64,000 nucleotides of DNA from NCBI RefSeq assembly GCF_902713615.1, contig NC_052147.1, forward strand, positions 78,704,091 to 78,768,090. Reading direction: 5' to 3'. The position numbers and the translations under genes are program-made. Of the stretch, positions 11,828 through 24,461 are shown one piece after another (position 1 is the stretch's first letter; every line of letters begins with the position of its first letter). Under the pieces are notes generated by a model. The model was not told the DNA's origin, did not search any database, and saw nothing but the letters and a program-made list of their open reading frames with translations. This stretch comes from Scyliorhinus canicula (taxonomy: Eukaryota).

Positions 11828-14384
11828 GGGCAGGATTCTACACTCCCTGCCACTAAGATCGGAAATCCAGATCGGGCGGACCCAGTACCAGTATCAGCAC
11901 CGGGTGGCAGATCTGGCCCCAATCTTCAATCCTGTCCCGCCGGCCATAGCAGGCTTCCCACCTTGCACAACCGGAAATATGCAAACAGCTGGAAGCCTGA
12001 ATCTCCACCCCCCTCGTTATTCTCTGACTAACCCCAGCGAGAAGTCCACCAGGCAGGCTTTGACAAGTGCAGTCCAGGCACAATACACCCTGAGGGCGGG
12101 GGGTCACGGTTAGCCCATTGTCCCTTTGCCGCTGTCACACTTCAGAGGGAGGGTGCCCCAAGGGTCCTGAAGGTTGGGTGGGCTTGGTCTGTGGGTAAGT
12201 GGTTGACCCCTGGACCCTCCCCTGGAGTGGGGGGTCCCATGTCTGGACTGCTCTTTCCAGCCCTGGGCAACCTGTAGATCACTCTTGTCATGGTGATCTC
12301 AGGCAGCCCTCTGTTCAAAATCATCATCCTTGTCTAATGTGTTAAACTTTGAAGAGGCCTTCTCAACCAGAACAGCTCCATCAGACAGCTGATGAGCATT
12401 TCAGACAGTCCATCGAATATCCAAGCAGGAAGACTTTCCCTTTCCTCACATCTACTCCCTCAGCCCTATGCCTTTAAAACTACTGCTTTTCAAAGCATCA
12501 AGAGCATTCTTGAAAGCCCACAACATTTGAGAAGCCTTGAAATACCCTGAGCCGTTGAAATGCTTGGCATCTATTCAATTTCACAGAGCAGTACCTTTGA
12601 CTAGCCTTTGATTAGCAGATTAATGGTTTAAACACAACAGGCTGGAGGTTTATTTATTTATCTTTCTCTTCATGTTTAACTATATCACAGTACCCTCCAT
12701 TGACCCACACTGCAATGTTTATAAACAATCTTGTTCGTTGACAGCTGCTGGTCACTTCAACAATGCTGTTACAAAAGAGGAAGTTGGGAGGAGAAATTAA
12801 TTAGGACACTAAAAGATTTGTTTCTTGGGGGTCGTTTTGCGGGATTGGAGGAGCTGGGAGCGAAGTATGGGCTGGAGCAGGGGAAAATGTTTAGATACAT
12901 GCAGGTTCGAGACTTTGCCAGAAAGGAGATACAGAGCTTCCCAGTAGAGCCGGCTTCCACATTGCTGGAGGAGGTGCTGACGACAGGGGGACTGGAGAAG
13001 GGGGTAGTACCGGCGGTTCACGGGGTTATTTTGGAGGAGGAGAAGGCGCCGCTAGAAGGGATCAAGGCAAAGTGTGAGGAAGAGTTGAGAGAGAGTATGG
13101 AGGAGGGGTTCTGGTGTGAGGTGCTCCGGAGGGTGAACGCCTCCACCTCGTGTGCGAGGTTGGACCTGATACAGCTGAAGGTGGTGTACAGAGAGCAGCT
13201 TACAAGGGCGAGGATGAGCCGGCTCTTTGAGGGGGTAGAAGATGTGTGTGAACATTGTTTGGGGGGGGGGGGGGGGAGTTCCCGCACACCACGTTCATAT
13301 GTTTTGGTCCTGTCCAAAGCTGGAGGATTACTAGAAGGAGGTGTTTAGGTTAATCTCTAAAGTGGTGCACGTGAAACTGGATCCAGGCCCTCGGGAGGCC
13401 ATATTCGGGGTGTCGGACCAGCCAGGGTGGGAAACGGGTGCAGAGGCAGATGTTGTAGCCTTCGCCTCGTTGATCGCCCGAAGGCGGATCCTGTGAGGAT
13501 GGAGATCAACCTCTCCACCCTGTGCCCTGGCGGGAGGACCTGCTTGAATTTTTGACGCTTGAAAAGGTCAAATTTGAACTGAGGGGAAGGATGGAGGAGT
13601 TCTACAATCATGGATGTTATTCATTGTGCACTTTTGAGAATTGGATCACATCGACCATTAGGGGGGGTTGGGGGCTGGGAGGAGAGGGTACTGAATGTGT
13701 TAATGGTGACTATGGGTGATTCCTGATTCCTCTTTGTCATTTGTTTATGTTAACATGCGGGCTAATGTTTATGGGTTTGGTGGGAGGATGGAGTCGTTGT
13801 TATTGATATGGGGATTGACATTGTATTCGTTACTGATTATTGTTTATTGTTGGGTGTAAATTTGGGAGAAAATGTGAAAAAGGAGAAAAAAAAAATTTTA
13901 AAAGAAAAGAGGAAGTGAAAGCATGCTAAGGAGGGCCAACCCCTTAGGGTCCAGCAGATTGGTCTAGGGTGTCAGTGTCATGGTGCCAAGGCTGGTACAC
14001 CATTGGCAATGCCAGGTTGTGGGGCATGGGAAAGATGAGGGCTGAAGGAGGAAGGGTGGGGGGGGGGGGGGGGGGGGGGGGGGTTGGGTCACCCTCATGT
14101 GTGCGTGGTGTGGAGCAGGGGGGGTGACCCAATATTCTGGTGGTGTGGGGAGGGTGTCCCTCCTTGATGAGGGTTTGGAGGTCCCCATGCCAGTCAGGGG
14201 GAGGGGGTGAACTTTTGTGTTGTGGGGGTAAGGGGGCTGCTGGGGCACAAAATGGCGGCTTGAAACCAGTAAGTGCAGGGAAACTGGCGTAGGAGAATAT
14301 CACCTCGGTGACGCTCCAATTGCCAGTGGGGCAGTCCCGATTCTCAGCTATCAGGAGTACTTTCCGGAACAGAGAATCCTACTC
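11828..14384. mobile_element. Non-autonomous Harbinger-type element interrupted by an L1/Tx1 fragment
   Basis: Ends GGGCAGGATTCT and AGAGAATCCTACTC. Internal 12480-12730 resembles 11220-11465, and 14080-14130 is an inverted homolog of 10240-10290. Confidence 0.55.
12785..13904 (+). mobile_element. 5'-truncated L1/Tx1-clade LINE
   Basis: ORF2 C-terminal motifs (FRYMQVRDF; LIQLKVVYR..LT..RM; C..C......H.FW.C..L..Y), A-rich end, 12-bp TSD AAAAGAGGAAGT (12773-12784 and 13905-13916). Confidence 0.9.
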
Positions 14385-14875
14385 TGTTTCCCTCTCCATG
14401 TTGCCAGACCAGCATTCATCCAGCATTCTCTATTCATATTATGTTAGCCAGGCTGATTGTCAGGCAGATTGCGGAACAGGTCACATGACCATCTTCTTTT
14501 ACCCTAAATTTAAAGTTATAGTCCCAAAATATAATAATCTCATAAATCTCTAATTTAAACACATTTAAAAATGTGATACTTAAAATTTTTATATTCCTGA
14601 TACAATGTCAAATCTGTTGTAAATTTCCCAGTGATAATAGTAAATACAGCATAATCTTCATTGCTCTGAGAATACAATTAGAGCCTATTTAGTTTGGCTT
14701 CGACAACATTTACACCATGGATATGTGTGTCACAAAGCACTTATCACAAAGATTCTGTTGTTGTTTGGAATAAAGTTATCTATCAGTTACTTCCTTTTAC
14801 AGTATCTTACTTGTGACAGGGTCTTGTGTAGAAGTTTCATGACCGAACTAGCTTCACAGTGGAACCAGAGACCTG

Positions 14876-15438
14876 GGGCAGGATTCTCCGACCCCCACTG
14901 GGTCGGAGAATCGCCGGGGGCCGGAGTCAATCCCGCCCCCGCCGTGTCCCGAAGTCTCCGGCACCGGGATGGCCACAACGGGAAACCCCATTGGCCGGCT
15001 GCCGGAACGGAGGGTCCTGCTGCTGGCTGGGGGGGCGCTGGAAACCGGGGGCTGGATTCTCCCATACCCGGCGTGACGGAGGGTCCCGGCGTAGGGGAGT
15101 GGCGCCAACCACTCAGGGGTCGGGCCTCCCCAAAGGTGGGGAATTCGGCTAGCCCCGCGCCGGAGCGGTTGGCACCAGAAGACTGGCGCAAAAAACCGGC
15201 ACCCCCGGCAGCGGGGCTGGCCGAAAGGCTTTCGCCGGTCGGCGCATGCGCCGGCAGTGACGTCAGCGGCCAGCTGCCGCTGACGTCACCACCGGCGCAT
15301 GCGCGATGTGGGTTTCTCTTCCGCTTCCGCCATGGCGGAGGCCGTGGCGGCCGCGGAAGGAGAAAGAATGCACCAGGGCACTGGAGTCTGAGCGGGGGGC
15401 CCCGATCGCGGGCCAGGCCACCGTGGGGGCACCCCCTG
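14876..15438. mobile_element. Nested or truncated Harbinger-type MITEs (family A)
   Basis: TIR GGGCAGGATTCTCC at about 14877 and a second TIR GGGCTGGATTCTCC at about 15050; homologous to 37850-38575 and 10353-10971. Confidence 0.75.
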
Positions 15439-15498
15439 TAGGTGAATATCTAGAACCATCTGCGTGTAAAAGCCCAATTCTCTCTGACAACTCCTCCA

Positions 15499-15838
15499 GG
15501 GCGGCACGGTAGCACGGTGGTTAGCATTGTCCATTCATAGCTCCAGGGTTCCAGGTTCGATTCCCGGCTTGGGTCACTGTCTGTGCGGAGTCTGCACGTT
15601 CTCCGAGTGTCTGCGTGGGTTTCCTCCGGGTGCTCTGGTTTCCTCCCACAGTCCAAAGATGTGCAGGTTAGGTGAATTGGTCATGCTAAAATTGCCCTTA
15701 GTGTCCAAAAATGTTTGGGGGTATTACTGGGTTACGAGGATAGGGTGGAGGTGTGGGCTTACGTGGGGTGCTCTTTCCAAGGGCCGGTGCAGACTCAATA
15801 GGTCAAATGGCTGCCTTTTGCACTGTAACTTCTATGAC
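15499..15838 (+). mobile_element. HE1/V-SINE
   Basis: GGGCGGCACGGTAGC head, B-box GGTTCGATTCC, V-core, TTCTATGA tail. Confidence 0.92.
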
Positions 15839-16689
15839 TTAAACCACTGGCTTATGAAAGACACAACAGAACTGTGTTTTGCCGTCAGCTTGATATGAAT
15901 ACATCATATGATTTGCATGATCGCATTGCAAAAACATACATGGTGCACACTCAGTAATTTGCACTCCCACTATCTGTGTTCTTGTCTATTCGGGTCACTT
16001 TTAGTGCAGGAGTAGTGGCTGCCTGCAATTTCATACGATCTTTATTTGTTCTGCTTCCGTCAGCAAAGTAAATGGCTGCTGAAATAGCTGATGGAAGAGT
16101 TGGTAATCCTGCTTCAAGCTCTCCTAAGGGTGTGTCTGGACTCCCAAGCCAACTAAGCCTTCACAAGCCCAAGTCAGCTGGCCAAAAATGCTCCTTTGAC
16201 ACCAACCACAGCCCCCAGCTACAAAGTGAGTGTTAAAGACTGCATCTGCTCATCTTCAAGGTTCTGTTGGCAGCCTCCATTACGTTGATCTCAGTGAAGC
16301 TGTTGACTTTAAAATCAATACAGGGCATGTGTTGAATATAACATCAGCTGGAGGTAGCAGGAATATGTTATAATGTAGAACTGTGAAATCTCAGCCAAGG
16401 CTGTGCAGAGCTTTTGGAGGTTTTTATTGGTAGGAGTTGTGCAATGGAGATGAAAGCTGTTTGAAAATACCAAAGTCAACAGGTGGAATTTTCCCAAAAA
16501 ATGGCAAAGCTTTATATTTGGCAAGAAAATTGGTGTGATTCCATCCGGCCTCCGGATCACAATCTTTAAACACTTTGGAAAAATGTCCCCTCCATGTGCA
16601 CTTCAATCAAGGGGGCTGTGCATTTAAGCGACTCCACAGCAGTTGCTCACGTTCAAGCCAGGAGGGTGGCAGTCAAAAGCCCACCCCAC

Positions 16690-17760
16690 GATTCATCGAG
16701 GGGGGCCCTCACAAGAATGTTGGATGCGTGGAGGAGATAAGGACAACTATCTACCCTCAGACTGGCAGGAGACCCTCCAGCAAGGTAACAAATCCTGCCT
16801 GGGTGACGGTGGCAGCACTGGTCAGCGCCACAGCCTAACCAAGAGGACGGGAATGCTGTGTCGGAAGAAAAGGAATGGGTTGCTTCAATCAGCGCGGCTA
16901 AATGCTCCCGTTTCCACTGGAACTCCACCATTCTGTCACACTTGGAGGGTCTCCTGGAACCCACAAGCTGCCACCTCACAGGTTCCCTACATAACAGCAC
17001 TATACTTAAACCCCCCCCCCCCCCAGCACTCCTCATCAGAACCCCTTCCTGCTTAGGTGTAATGCTAAACATATCAGTTGTCGTCGATCTCTGACCTGCC
17101 AGGCAAACAGCTCACATTATCCACTTTTGTGTCACTGCAGAAGAAGATAGCCCACAACTGCCGAGAGGGAAAACGGGCGGTGGAACACCCGAGCTGAGGA
17201 TAAGGACTTCATTCAAGGCGAGGGCCATGTAGCTCGCAGGGGAGCAGGACTGGGCCTAAATGCTTGTAGGAGAAAAGTGAGAACCACCGCATCTTCATCG
17301 AGATGACTTGTCTCAAGTGAGTGCTTTGGTGTCCCAACTCCTAGCTTGGCCAGGCCATGTCTCTTGCCTTGCACAAATATCAACTGATGAGCCTGTCCCG
17401 TCGATCAGCAGTGCCGCACCACCCACCCTCGAAAACACCTCGGAGGAGTTCTCGGAGGACACGGATGAAACGTCGCAGCTTTGACCCGTACCATCCACCA
17501 TCACAGAGACACACACCTCGGTGGGCAAACTTGGCAGGCAGCCTTCTGGGTCACGCTGTGATGAGCACAGCTTCTCGTGCACGTCAGGTGGAGGCTGGAG
17601 CATCCCAGGGGTCGGACTGTTGGAGGTGTGCTGGATCTCAGGACACAGCTGTGCCCCACCCAGGTGCCATGCCTCTGGACATGATTGTCCCTCAGCTGTT
17701 TGAAATGCAAAAGCAGAGCCGGGAATTCCAGGAGAATGTCAGCGACATTCCTGGGTCTGC
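16690..17760 (+). pseudogene. Harbinger Myb/SANT-like DNA-binding protein gene remnant
   Basis: Frameshifted VEEIRTTIYP..SKVTNPAW.TVAALVSATA / LTKRTGMLCRKKRNGLL, then after an acceptor near 17140 KKIAHNCRE..KTGGG; typical Myb/SANT trihelix motifs. Confidence 0.7.
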
Positions 17761-17778
17761 AAGGTCGTATGGAGATGC

Positions 17779-18070
17779 AATAATAATAATAATCTTTATT
17801 ATTGTCACAAGTAGGCTTACATTAACACTGCAATGAAGTTACTGTGAAAATCCTCTAGCCTGTTCGGGTACACTGATGGAGAATTCAGAATGTCCAATTC
17901 ACCTAACACGCATGTCTTTCAGGACTTGTGGGAGGAAACCAGAGTACCAAGAGGAAACCCACGGAGACATGGGGAGAAGATGCAGACTCCACACAGACAG
18001 TGACCCAAGCCGGAAATCGAACCTGGGACTTTGGTCCTGTGAAGCAACAGTGCTAACCACTGTGCTGCCC
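17779..18070 (-). mobile_element. V-SINE with AAGCCTACTTGTGACAATAA tail
   Basis: tRNA head and V-core, with the same tail as 37410-37720. Confidence 0.85.
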
Positions 18071-18232
18071 CAAAGCCTCCTGTCATTGCAGATGCTGCCG
18101 GTGATGCATGGCACCTAGGCCAACACTGGAAGAGTGGCGGCTGCAATTGAAAGCCTGGGGCAAATCGTCAGATCCATGACTGCTGAAAGCCGAGGTATAG
18201 CTCAGTCCTTGTGGACCATGGCTGAGGGGTTA

Positions 18233-18590
18233 GACCATAAGAATATAAGACACAGGAGCAGAATTAGGCCACTGGGCCGATCGAATCTACTCTGCATTCA
18301 AATCATGGCTGTTATTTTTCTCATCCCCTTTCTTCTTCCTTCTTCCCATAACCCCTGATCCCCTTATTAATCAAGAACCAATCTATTTCTGTCTTATATA
18401 CACTCATGGGGTCTGACCAGAGCCTTGTACAGCCTTAGAAGTAGATTCCTGCTCTTGTATTCTAGCCCTCTCGACATTAATGCTAGCATTGCATTTGCCT
18501 TCCTAACTGCCGACTGAACCTGCACGTTAACCTTAAGAGAATCTTGAACAAGGACTCCCAAGCCCCTTTGTGCTTCTGATTTCCTAAGCC
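18233..18590 (-). mobile_element. CR1 fragments
   Basis: Tail GGAGCAGAATTAGGCC...CCCATAACCCCTGATCCCCTTATTAATCAAGAAC plus an internal RT-downstream piece. Confidence 0.75.
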
Positions 18591-18594
18591 GGCC

Positions 18595-19380
18595 TCTGCC
18601 TCAGGCCTCCACACTGGCGTCAACAGTCAAGACCACAATGGGTATCCTTTGTCCCCAAAAAGGCATCCCTGCAGCCTTGGTTAACCCTCGAATATTCCAG
18701 GGATTTGCGATTTCTCAAGGACGTAGTTATCATGCACACGTGCATGAACCCCAATGTGGTGGTCACACGCCAGCTGGATATTTGGGGAGTGGAACCCCTT
18801 TCCATTAATGAATGGGACTCCCTGATGCCATGGGGCATGCAGATTGACCTGAGTGCAGACGATCGCTCCCTGCATCTGTGGCAGACCAGCTATGGTAATG
18901 AAGCCCGCAGCCATCTCGTCCTGCTAGGCCTGGTCCAGGTCAAAATGGATGAAGTCTGATGCCCTGACATAGTGCACGTGACCTCACGGATGTATTTATG
19001 GGAGGATGACTGCAAAATGCCACAGCAGTCATCCGTGGATTCCCTGGAGCGAACCTGTCGCATAGAGATTGAGTACTGCCGTGACCTTCACAGTGCTGTC
19101 TCCGTGGTGTGGCACAGTCTCTTGTGGCAAATGCTCTCTGACAGTTCCATAAAGGGCACATAGGTCCTGAACACTCTCAGTCCCCTTCTTCACCTTTGTG
19201 CTACCTGTTTGGCTGCTGCGGCCTCCGGCCCTTGAGCTTGTCCTGTGTCCCACTGATCTCCTGGCGCACGGAATTCTCTAGATACTGCCGAGCATTGTTG
19301 CTGGAGACTGTGCTCCTTCTGTACTGTAATTAGCTGAATTGCCAGCTCTACTGATTCCATACCGATCTCAATCAGTAAGC
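18595..19380 (-). pseudogene. Harbinger (HARBI1-like) DDE transposase remnant, convergent with the Myb gene
   Basis: Frameshifted motifs VKVTAVLNLYATGSLQ, AAGFITIAGLPQMQGAIVCTQV (from GAIDCTH), FINGKGFHSPNIQLACDH (from NRKG.HS.N.Q) and VHDNYVL. Confidence 0.85.
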
Positions 19381-19798
19381 TACGAGGGACGAGAGACAGT
19401 CAGCTTAGAGTCACAACCGCTTAACCTCAGTACCCCCCCTCAACCAATGTCCTCCCGGTGCTGGACGCAGCCAGTCTTACATCTTATATGGCAGCACCTC
19501 TTCATCCACATCTCAGGTGCCTTTCCATCTTCATTGTTGACCAGCCTTGATCAATGCCCTCGCCCCGTCAGTCACCTGTGGCCTCCCATCTGGTTGTCAC
19601 CTCCCTTAATCTCTACATCATTGGGGGTTCTGACAGGAGGTTTCAATGGTTGACCATCCCTCATGGGCAGGGCCAACTGGATAGTTCTGTCCACCTTGAG
19701 GGTTGATGAATACTCAATGGTAGTCGATGGGGTCCACCATTTATGCAGACACAGTCCTTGTTCGATCCCATACACCTAAGCGTTTATCCTTGAACCAT

Positions 19799-20528
19799 GG
19801 GCGCGATCTATCCGCCTTGCAGCGCCTCACAAGTTCTAATGAGATCTCAGGAGGCGTCGCGATCTGAATCCCGCCCATTGAGGTTGGGAACCATATTTGC
19901 ATATTCATGTGAGTAATTACTTGAATATATCTATGCCAGATCTACCAGCGCCCGGGATCGAGCGGCCTCGCCTCAGAAACCCCGAGTGGGCGCAGTTTAG
20001 CACTGATTTCCAGAAATGTCCCAGGCAATTAGGAGCACCTAGATGATAGGGCACTGGGCAGGGTGATACCCTGGCACCCGATGCCACCTGGGCACCATGG
20101 CACTGCGACCCAGGCACCTTGACAGTGCCAGTGTGCCCAGTTGGCATTGTCAGTATGGCATGGGCACTGCCAGGGTGCCAGGTTGGCAGTGACAAAGTTC
20201 CCAGGTGGCATTTTGTTGGGGATCAGGCCTGGGAGTGCCGTGCCACTATGAGATGGAGTATAGGGGGCTTGATGACCTCCTAATTGGTGAGCTGGTGTGT
20301 TCGGGGGTCCAGAGGCTGCGGTGGGGGTTCCAGAGATTAGGTGCCCTTCCTGCACTGGGAACCGGAGCTCCTTAATGCAGGAAATGGGACTAAGTGCAGC
20401 CTCGGCAGGGCATTCCTCGCCGAGCCCAGAAATAAGCAGAGCTCCATATAATATAGAGCTCTTCCAGCGTCAGGAAACATGGCTAAACATGCCCGACATG
20501 GGACTCTCATTTCCATTAAATCGCACCC
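19799..20528. mobile_element. Harbinger MITE family B
   Basis: TIRs GGGCGCGATCTA and TAAATCGCACCC with 3-bp TSD CAT (19796-98 and 20529-31). Confidence 0.85.
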
Positions 20529-21019
20529 CATGATTTATCATTCCTCTCCTTGACTTTGAGAATAAGGGATGAGCAGTATCGGGGGTGCAGGGTTGCTGAT
20601 GTACTTTGACACCTCCTGATTTAAAGGGCTGCACTCCAAGCAGACATTACATCTGCCCAGGGCAGCAAATAGCCATATTCACACGCTGACAAACCACGAC
20701 TTGCCAATGTCATTGCCCTTGCAAGCATCAATTGCAGTAAATACCTCTGCGTTCATTGCTATTGGGATTGCGAGGTCTGAACTAATATATTTCTAGTTCA
20801 TCCATTTCCTGCCATGCACCTCCAGTCCACAATCATCATGGTTTCCTCTCTTTGGCACCAGAATCTAGAGGGGAGTCCAAAGACTAGGCATTTGTTTTGG
20901 CTGGCTGGCGGAACGGGGGATCCCACTGCCGGCGAGGGCTGGCGAGACGGAGAATCCCGCCCAAAGTATGTCCCTGATGAACAAAATCAGAGCAGGGATT
21001 GGTTAATTAAAGAAGTACA

Positions 21020-21370
21020 CTTATCTAAGACCTTTCAAATGCATTCCAAAGCACTTTACAGCCAATAAAGTGTTTTTTGTGTTTAGTCACCACTGTGATG
21101 TACGGAAAGGTGGCAGTCGACTTGCACATAGCAAGCACTCAACAGCAACGTGTTAAATGATCAATTAAATAGTTTTAATAGTGTTGGTTGAGAGCTGAAT
21201 GTTGTCCATTACACTGGGCAAACTGGAATAACTTCAAATGCTGCCTGGGATCTTCTACGTCCATCTGAGAGGGAAGACAAACCCATTATTTAGCATTTCA
21301 TTTGAAAGGTGGTGCCTCTGACAGTGCACCTTTTCTTCAGTACATCGCTGGACTATCAGCTGAGGTACAG
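21020..21370 (-). mobile_element. Ancient DeuSINE (SacSINE1/AmnSINE-like)
   Basis: Recognisable Deu-domain: TGGGATCTTCTACGTCCATCTGAGAGGG...GAAAGGTGGTGCCTCTGACAGTGCA...TCAGTAC. Confidence 0.7.
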
Positions 21371-22550
21371 TTCCAATATTTGCGGGGAAGTAGGGAGAAT
21401 ATTGCTGCGAAATGATGGCAGAACATGGCGAAGCAAGGGTGCAGAGAACCTGCCAATCTTATAGAGGTTGTTGTTAACATTGAGTAGGTTCATCACTCGC
21501 CTGGCAGCCAAACTAATAGCTGACTGGTCAGTTAGTCAGAAATAAAGCCTGTGGGAGAAGGCTGCAGTCAGGGAACCTAGGGAATGGTTCCGGCAGTCAT
21601 TGTTGGAGGAGAGGCTTGCAATCAGGCCTGGGTAGCAGTCGACAATCAAAGCTAGTGATCAGGGCAGGAGGAGGCTTAAGGTTTCCTTGAGGTACATAGG
21701 GAGTGCTTCTGCCCATAGGGAGCACTGAGAGAATTACTTACCTGGGTGAATCGAGTGGCTCCTGCTGTTCTTTCTCTAGTGACTCTTTCCCCCCACCAGC
21801 CACCCAAGAATGAAACCTGTGCAGCAGCAGTAAATTGCAATCAGATTGAGTATAATTTCTCTGTGACAGTCTGATTTAAATATGCTAACTTAGCATACTA
21901 TCATTGCAAAAATGGGGCTGCACACATTGGATTGGATTGGATTGTGTTCGTTGTCACGTGTGCCAAGGTACAGTGAAAGTATTTTTCTGTGAGCCGATCA
22001 TTAAGTACATGTGAGGTGGGTTAGGGTTGCATCGCCTTTTTCACTTTTAAAGCTCCCGCAGCCTGTCTTGGGAAAGATAATATATCCCTGGAGCGGGGCT
22101 TAAACTTACCAACTTCTGACTCTGAGGAAAGAATGCTGTCACTTGGCAAATTTAAATTGGAGCAGGCCCATTTTCCCCTCTGTTCCCTCTGACTATGCTG
22201 TTGGTTTTGATGGTAGATTAGTCCAATGGGAGCCTCAGTAATAAATGCAATTCCAGGTCCCAGGACATGCAAGTGAACCTGCCGAGCAGTTACTGAATTT
22301 TGTTAACACGAGTTATTAAAGCTTTGCTCAGTGGGGCCAGAGAAGCAGTACTGGTCCCGAGGCCTGTGTGTTAATTCTCCCCTGTTGGCATCTAGTGGGT
22401 GGCCTTGAGGGGGAACGAGTCTTTCCAGATATTCCACATGATGGAAGACTACAATTCTGGTGGAAAATCCAGCTGTCTCTGATTGTGATTGGGCAAGGTA
22501 GCTGCAATGTGCCCAATCTTGCTCTGTTGATTTTTTAATAGGATTGGGGT

Positions 22551-22892
22551 ACATAGAACATAGAACAGCACAGCACAGAACAGGCCCTTCGGCCCTCGAT
22601 GTTGTGCAGAGCAATGATCACCCCACTCAAACCCACGCATCCACCCTATACCCGTAACCCAACAACCCCCCCTTAACCTTACTTTTTAGGACACTATGGG
22701 CAATTTAGCATGGCCAATCCACCTAACCCGCACATCTTTGGACTGTGGGAGGAAACCGGAGCACCCGGAGGAAACCCACGCACGCACGGGGAGGGCGTGC
22801 AGACTCCACACAGACAGTGACCCAGCCGGGAATCGAACCTGGGACCCTGGAGCTGTGAAGTATTTATGCTAACCACCATGCTACCGTGCTGC
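22551..22892 (-). mobile_element. V-SINE whose 3' tail matches the CR1 family at 55986-57121
   Basis: Tail (reverse complement) CAACATCGAGGGCCGAAGGGCCTGT..(GTTCTAT)n is nearly identical to 57062-57121. Confidence 0.9.
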
Positions 22893-24427
22893 GTCACCAC
22901 CCATTTTAATACTGTGCTGGTTTTCTGCTGGATGTGGTGAGCCACAAGCACATATAATATATTCAAAACATAGAAAGGCGTCATCAGACATATTTTCCAT
23001 AATTTTTGGCATAATAGTGCTGGAATATATAGACCCTGAGCCTCTTTGCTGTCCAGTATTGCTATAGATCAGAGGACTGCTGCAGAATTCTCTGCCTGGA
23101 AAGCCTGTGAAACCCTGGAATGATTTAAATTATGAAGTCAGTCCATGACCTTGAGGCCAAACGGCAGCTAATCTCCAGTCACTGCATGCTTACTCCACAG
23201 AAGATGTAGGGGATCAACGTAAATTATGTAAATCACCCCAAAACAGAAGAGTCAGCCCGGATGAGGGGTGCATCTTTGTCGTGGATGGAAGTGCTGTCTC
23301 ATTGAAGACATGCCCCAAAATCCACCATCCTGGAAACTCTAGCCAGCCCTGTTGAGTGGAAAATTCAAAGATTGTGGAAAATAGATCTGGTGAAAAATCT
23401 AGATTTCAGCCCCACTTTCCAAGTTCTTCTTGTTGAAAAATGGTGTGAAATGTTATGTTCTTATGATGTTATCAATATCCTCTACAGCAGGTCACAAGTG
23501 TGATATACTGTAAATGAATCTTAGATGTCAGCACAAATTGTAACTGTGAAGAAATGCTTCTATTAAATTTTGTGACTCAACATACATGCATTAAGTGTCT
23601 CAAAATGATGACATACTGCAATCCTGATCTCTAATTGTATTGGCCAATGTCAGTCCATGTTAGTAAACAACAGCTGTTCAGAAGCGCTTTATATTTGTCT
23701 AGATTTGCACTTGCATCTCTTGAGAATTAATTTCCCTGCAATATGACAGACATGAGCAGAAATGATGATTAAATGGTTTGTGTCTGCATATGACACTGTA
23801 CCTGCACATGGCATAGATTTTTAATTCCAAATTTAAGCAAGCTTAAGAATTCCTGAGTAAAACAGTTTACCTGGGAAAGAAAATCAAAAGGGTTAAAATG
23901 ATCTGTTAATAGTAGCATGGTGTTTACTAGCTGGGCTTTTTAATACTTTCCAAGGTCATTCGTTAATGAGTTAACAAGATTTTATGCACAGCATTTCTGT
24001 AACCTTTTAACTGATTACTAAACCATGACTCACATTTCTTTAATAAGACAGAAGAACCATGTTGTACATCCTCCCTGCCTCTTTCTCTATTTCGTACATC
24101 ATTCTGGCACTGAGGGAGGATATGAACAGCCTGTTCTTGGGTCACTGTCAAAGCCATCTTTGTGTCAGTTAGTAGTATGTTCTTGAGTGTAAGGAAGGAT
24201 GGGGTTCACTCAGTATTTCCCTGAACTTACCATGACTGGCACATGCGTCCAATAGCGGGCGTACAATTGGGGAAAAAAACAAGACCTAACGCTGTATAGC
24301 AGAAAACATGGGTGCACCAAGACTGGCATTGTACTGTCATTTTGAAGTGTTATCTTTGTTCACCATTAATGATATTTTCTAGTCGTTTGGTACTACAGAA
24401 CTTGAGTATTGCTGAAAAAAAAGAGAC

Positions 24428-24461
24428 TGTCAAAGCTTTTCGTCTTGCACTCATCAGTGCA
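24428..24461 (-). ncRNA. Minimal hammerhead motif (stem I degraded)
   Basis: Minus strand reads CTGATGA-GT-GCAAG-AC-GAAA-AGCT-TT-GACA. Confidence 0.65.

Noticed and set aside
14056-14083. Long poly-G/poly-C runs as G-quadruplex elements (also about 3404, 13261, 33885, 34974, 38111, 52661)
   Set aside because: Homopolymer expansions inside TE copies; lengths are unreliable and no function is evident.
18595-19380. Domesticated HARBI1 host gene
   Set aside because: Frameshifts, a mutated catalytic motif and transposon context show a dead element.
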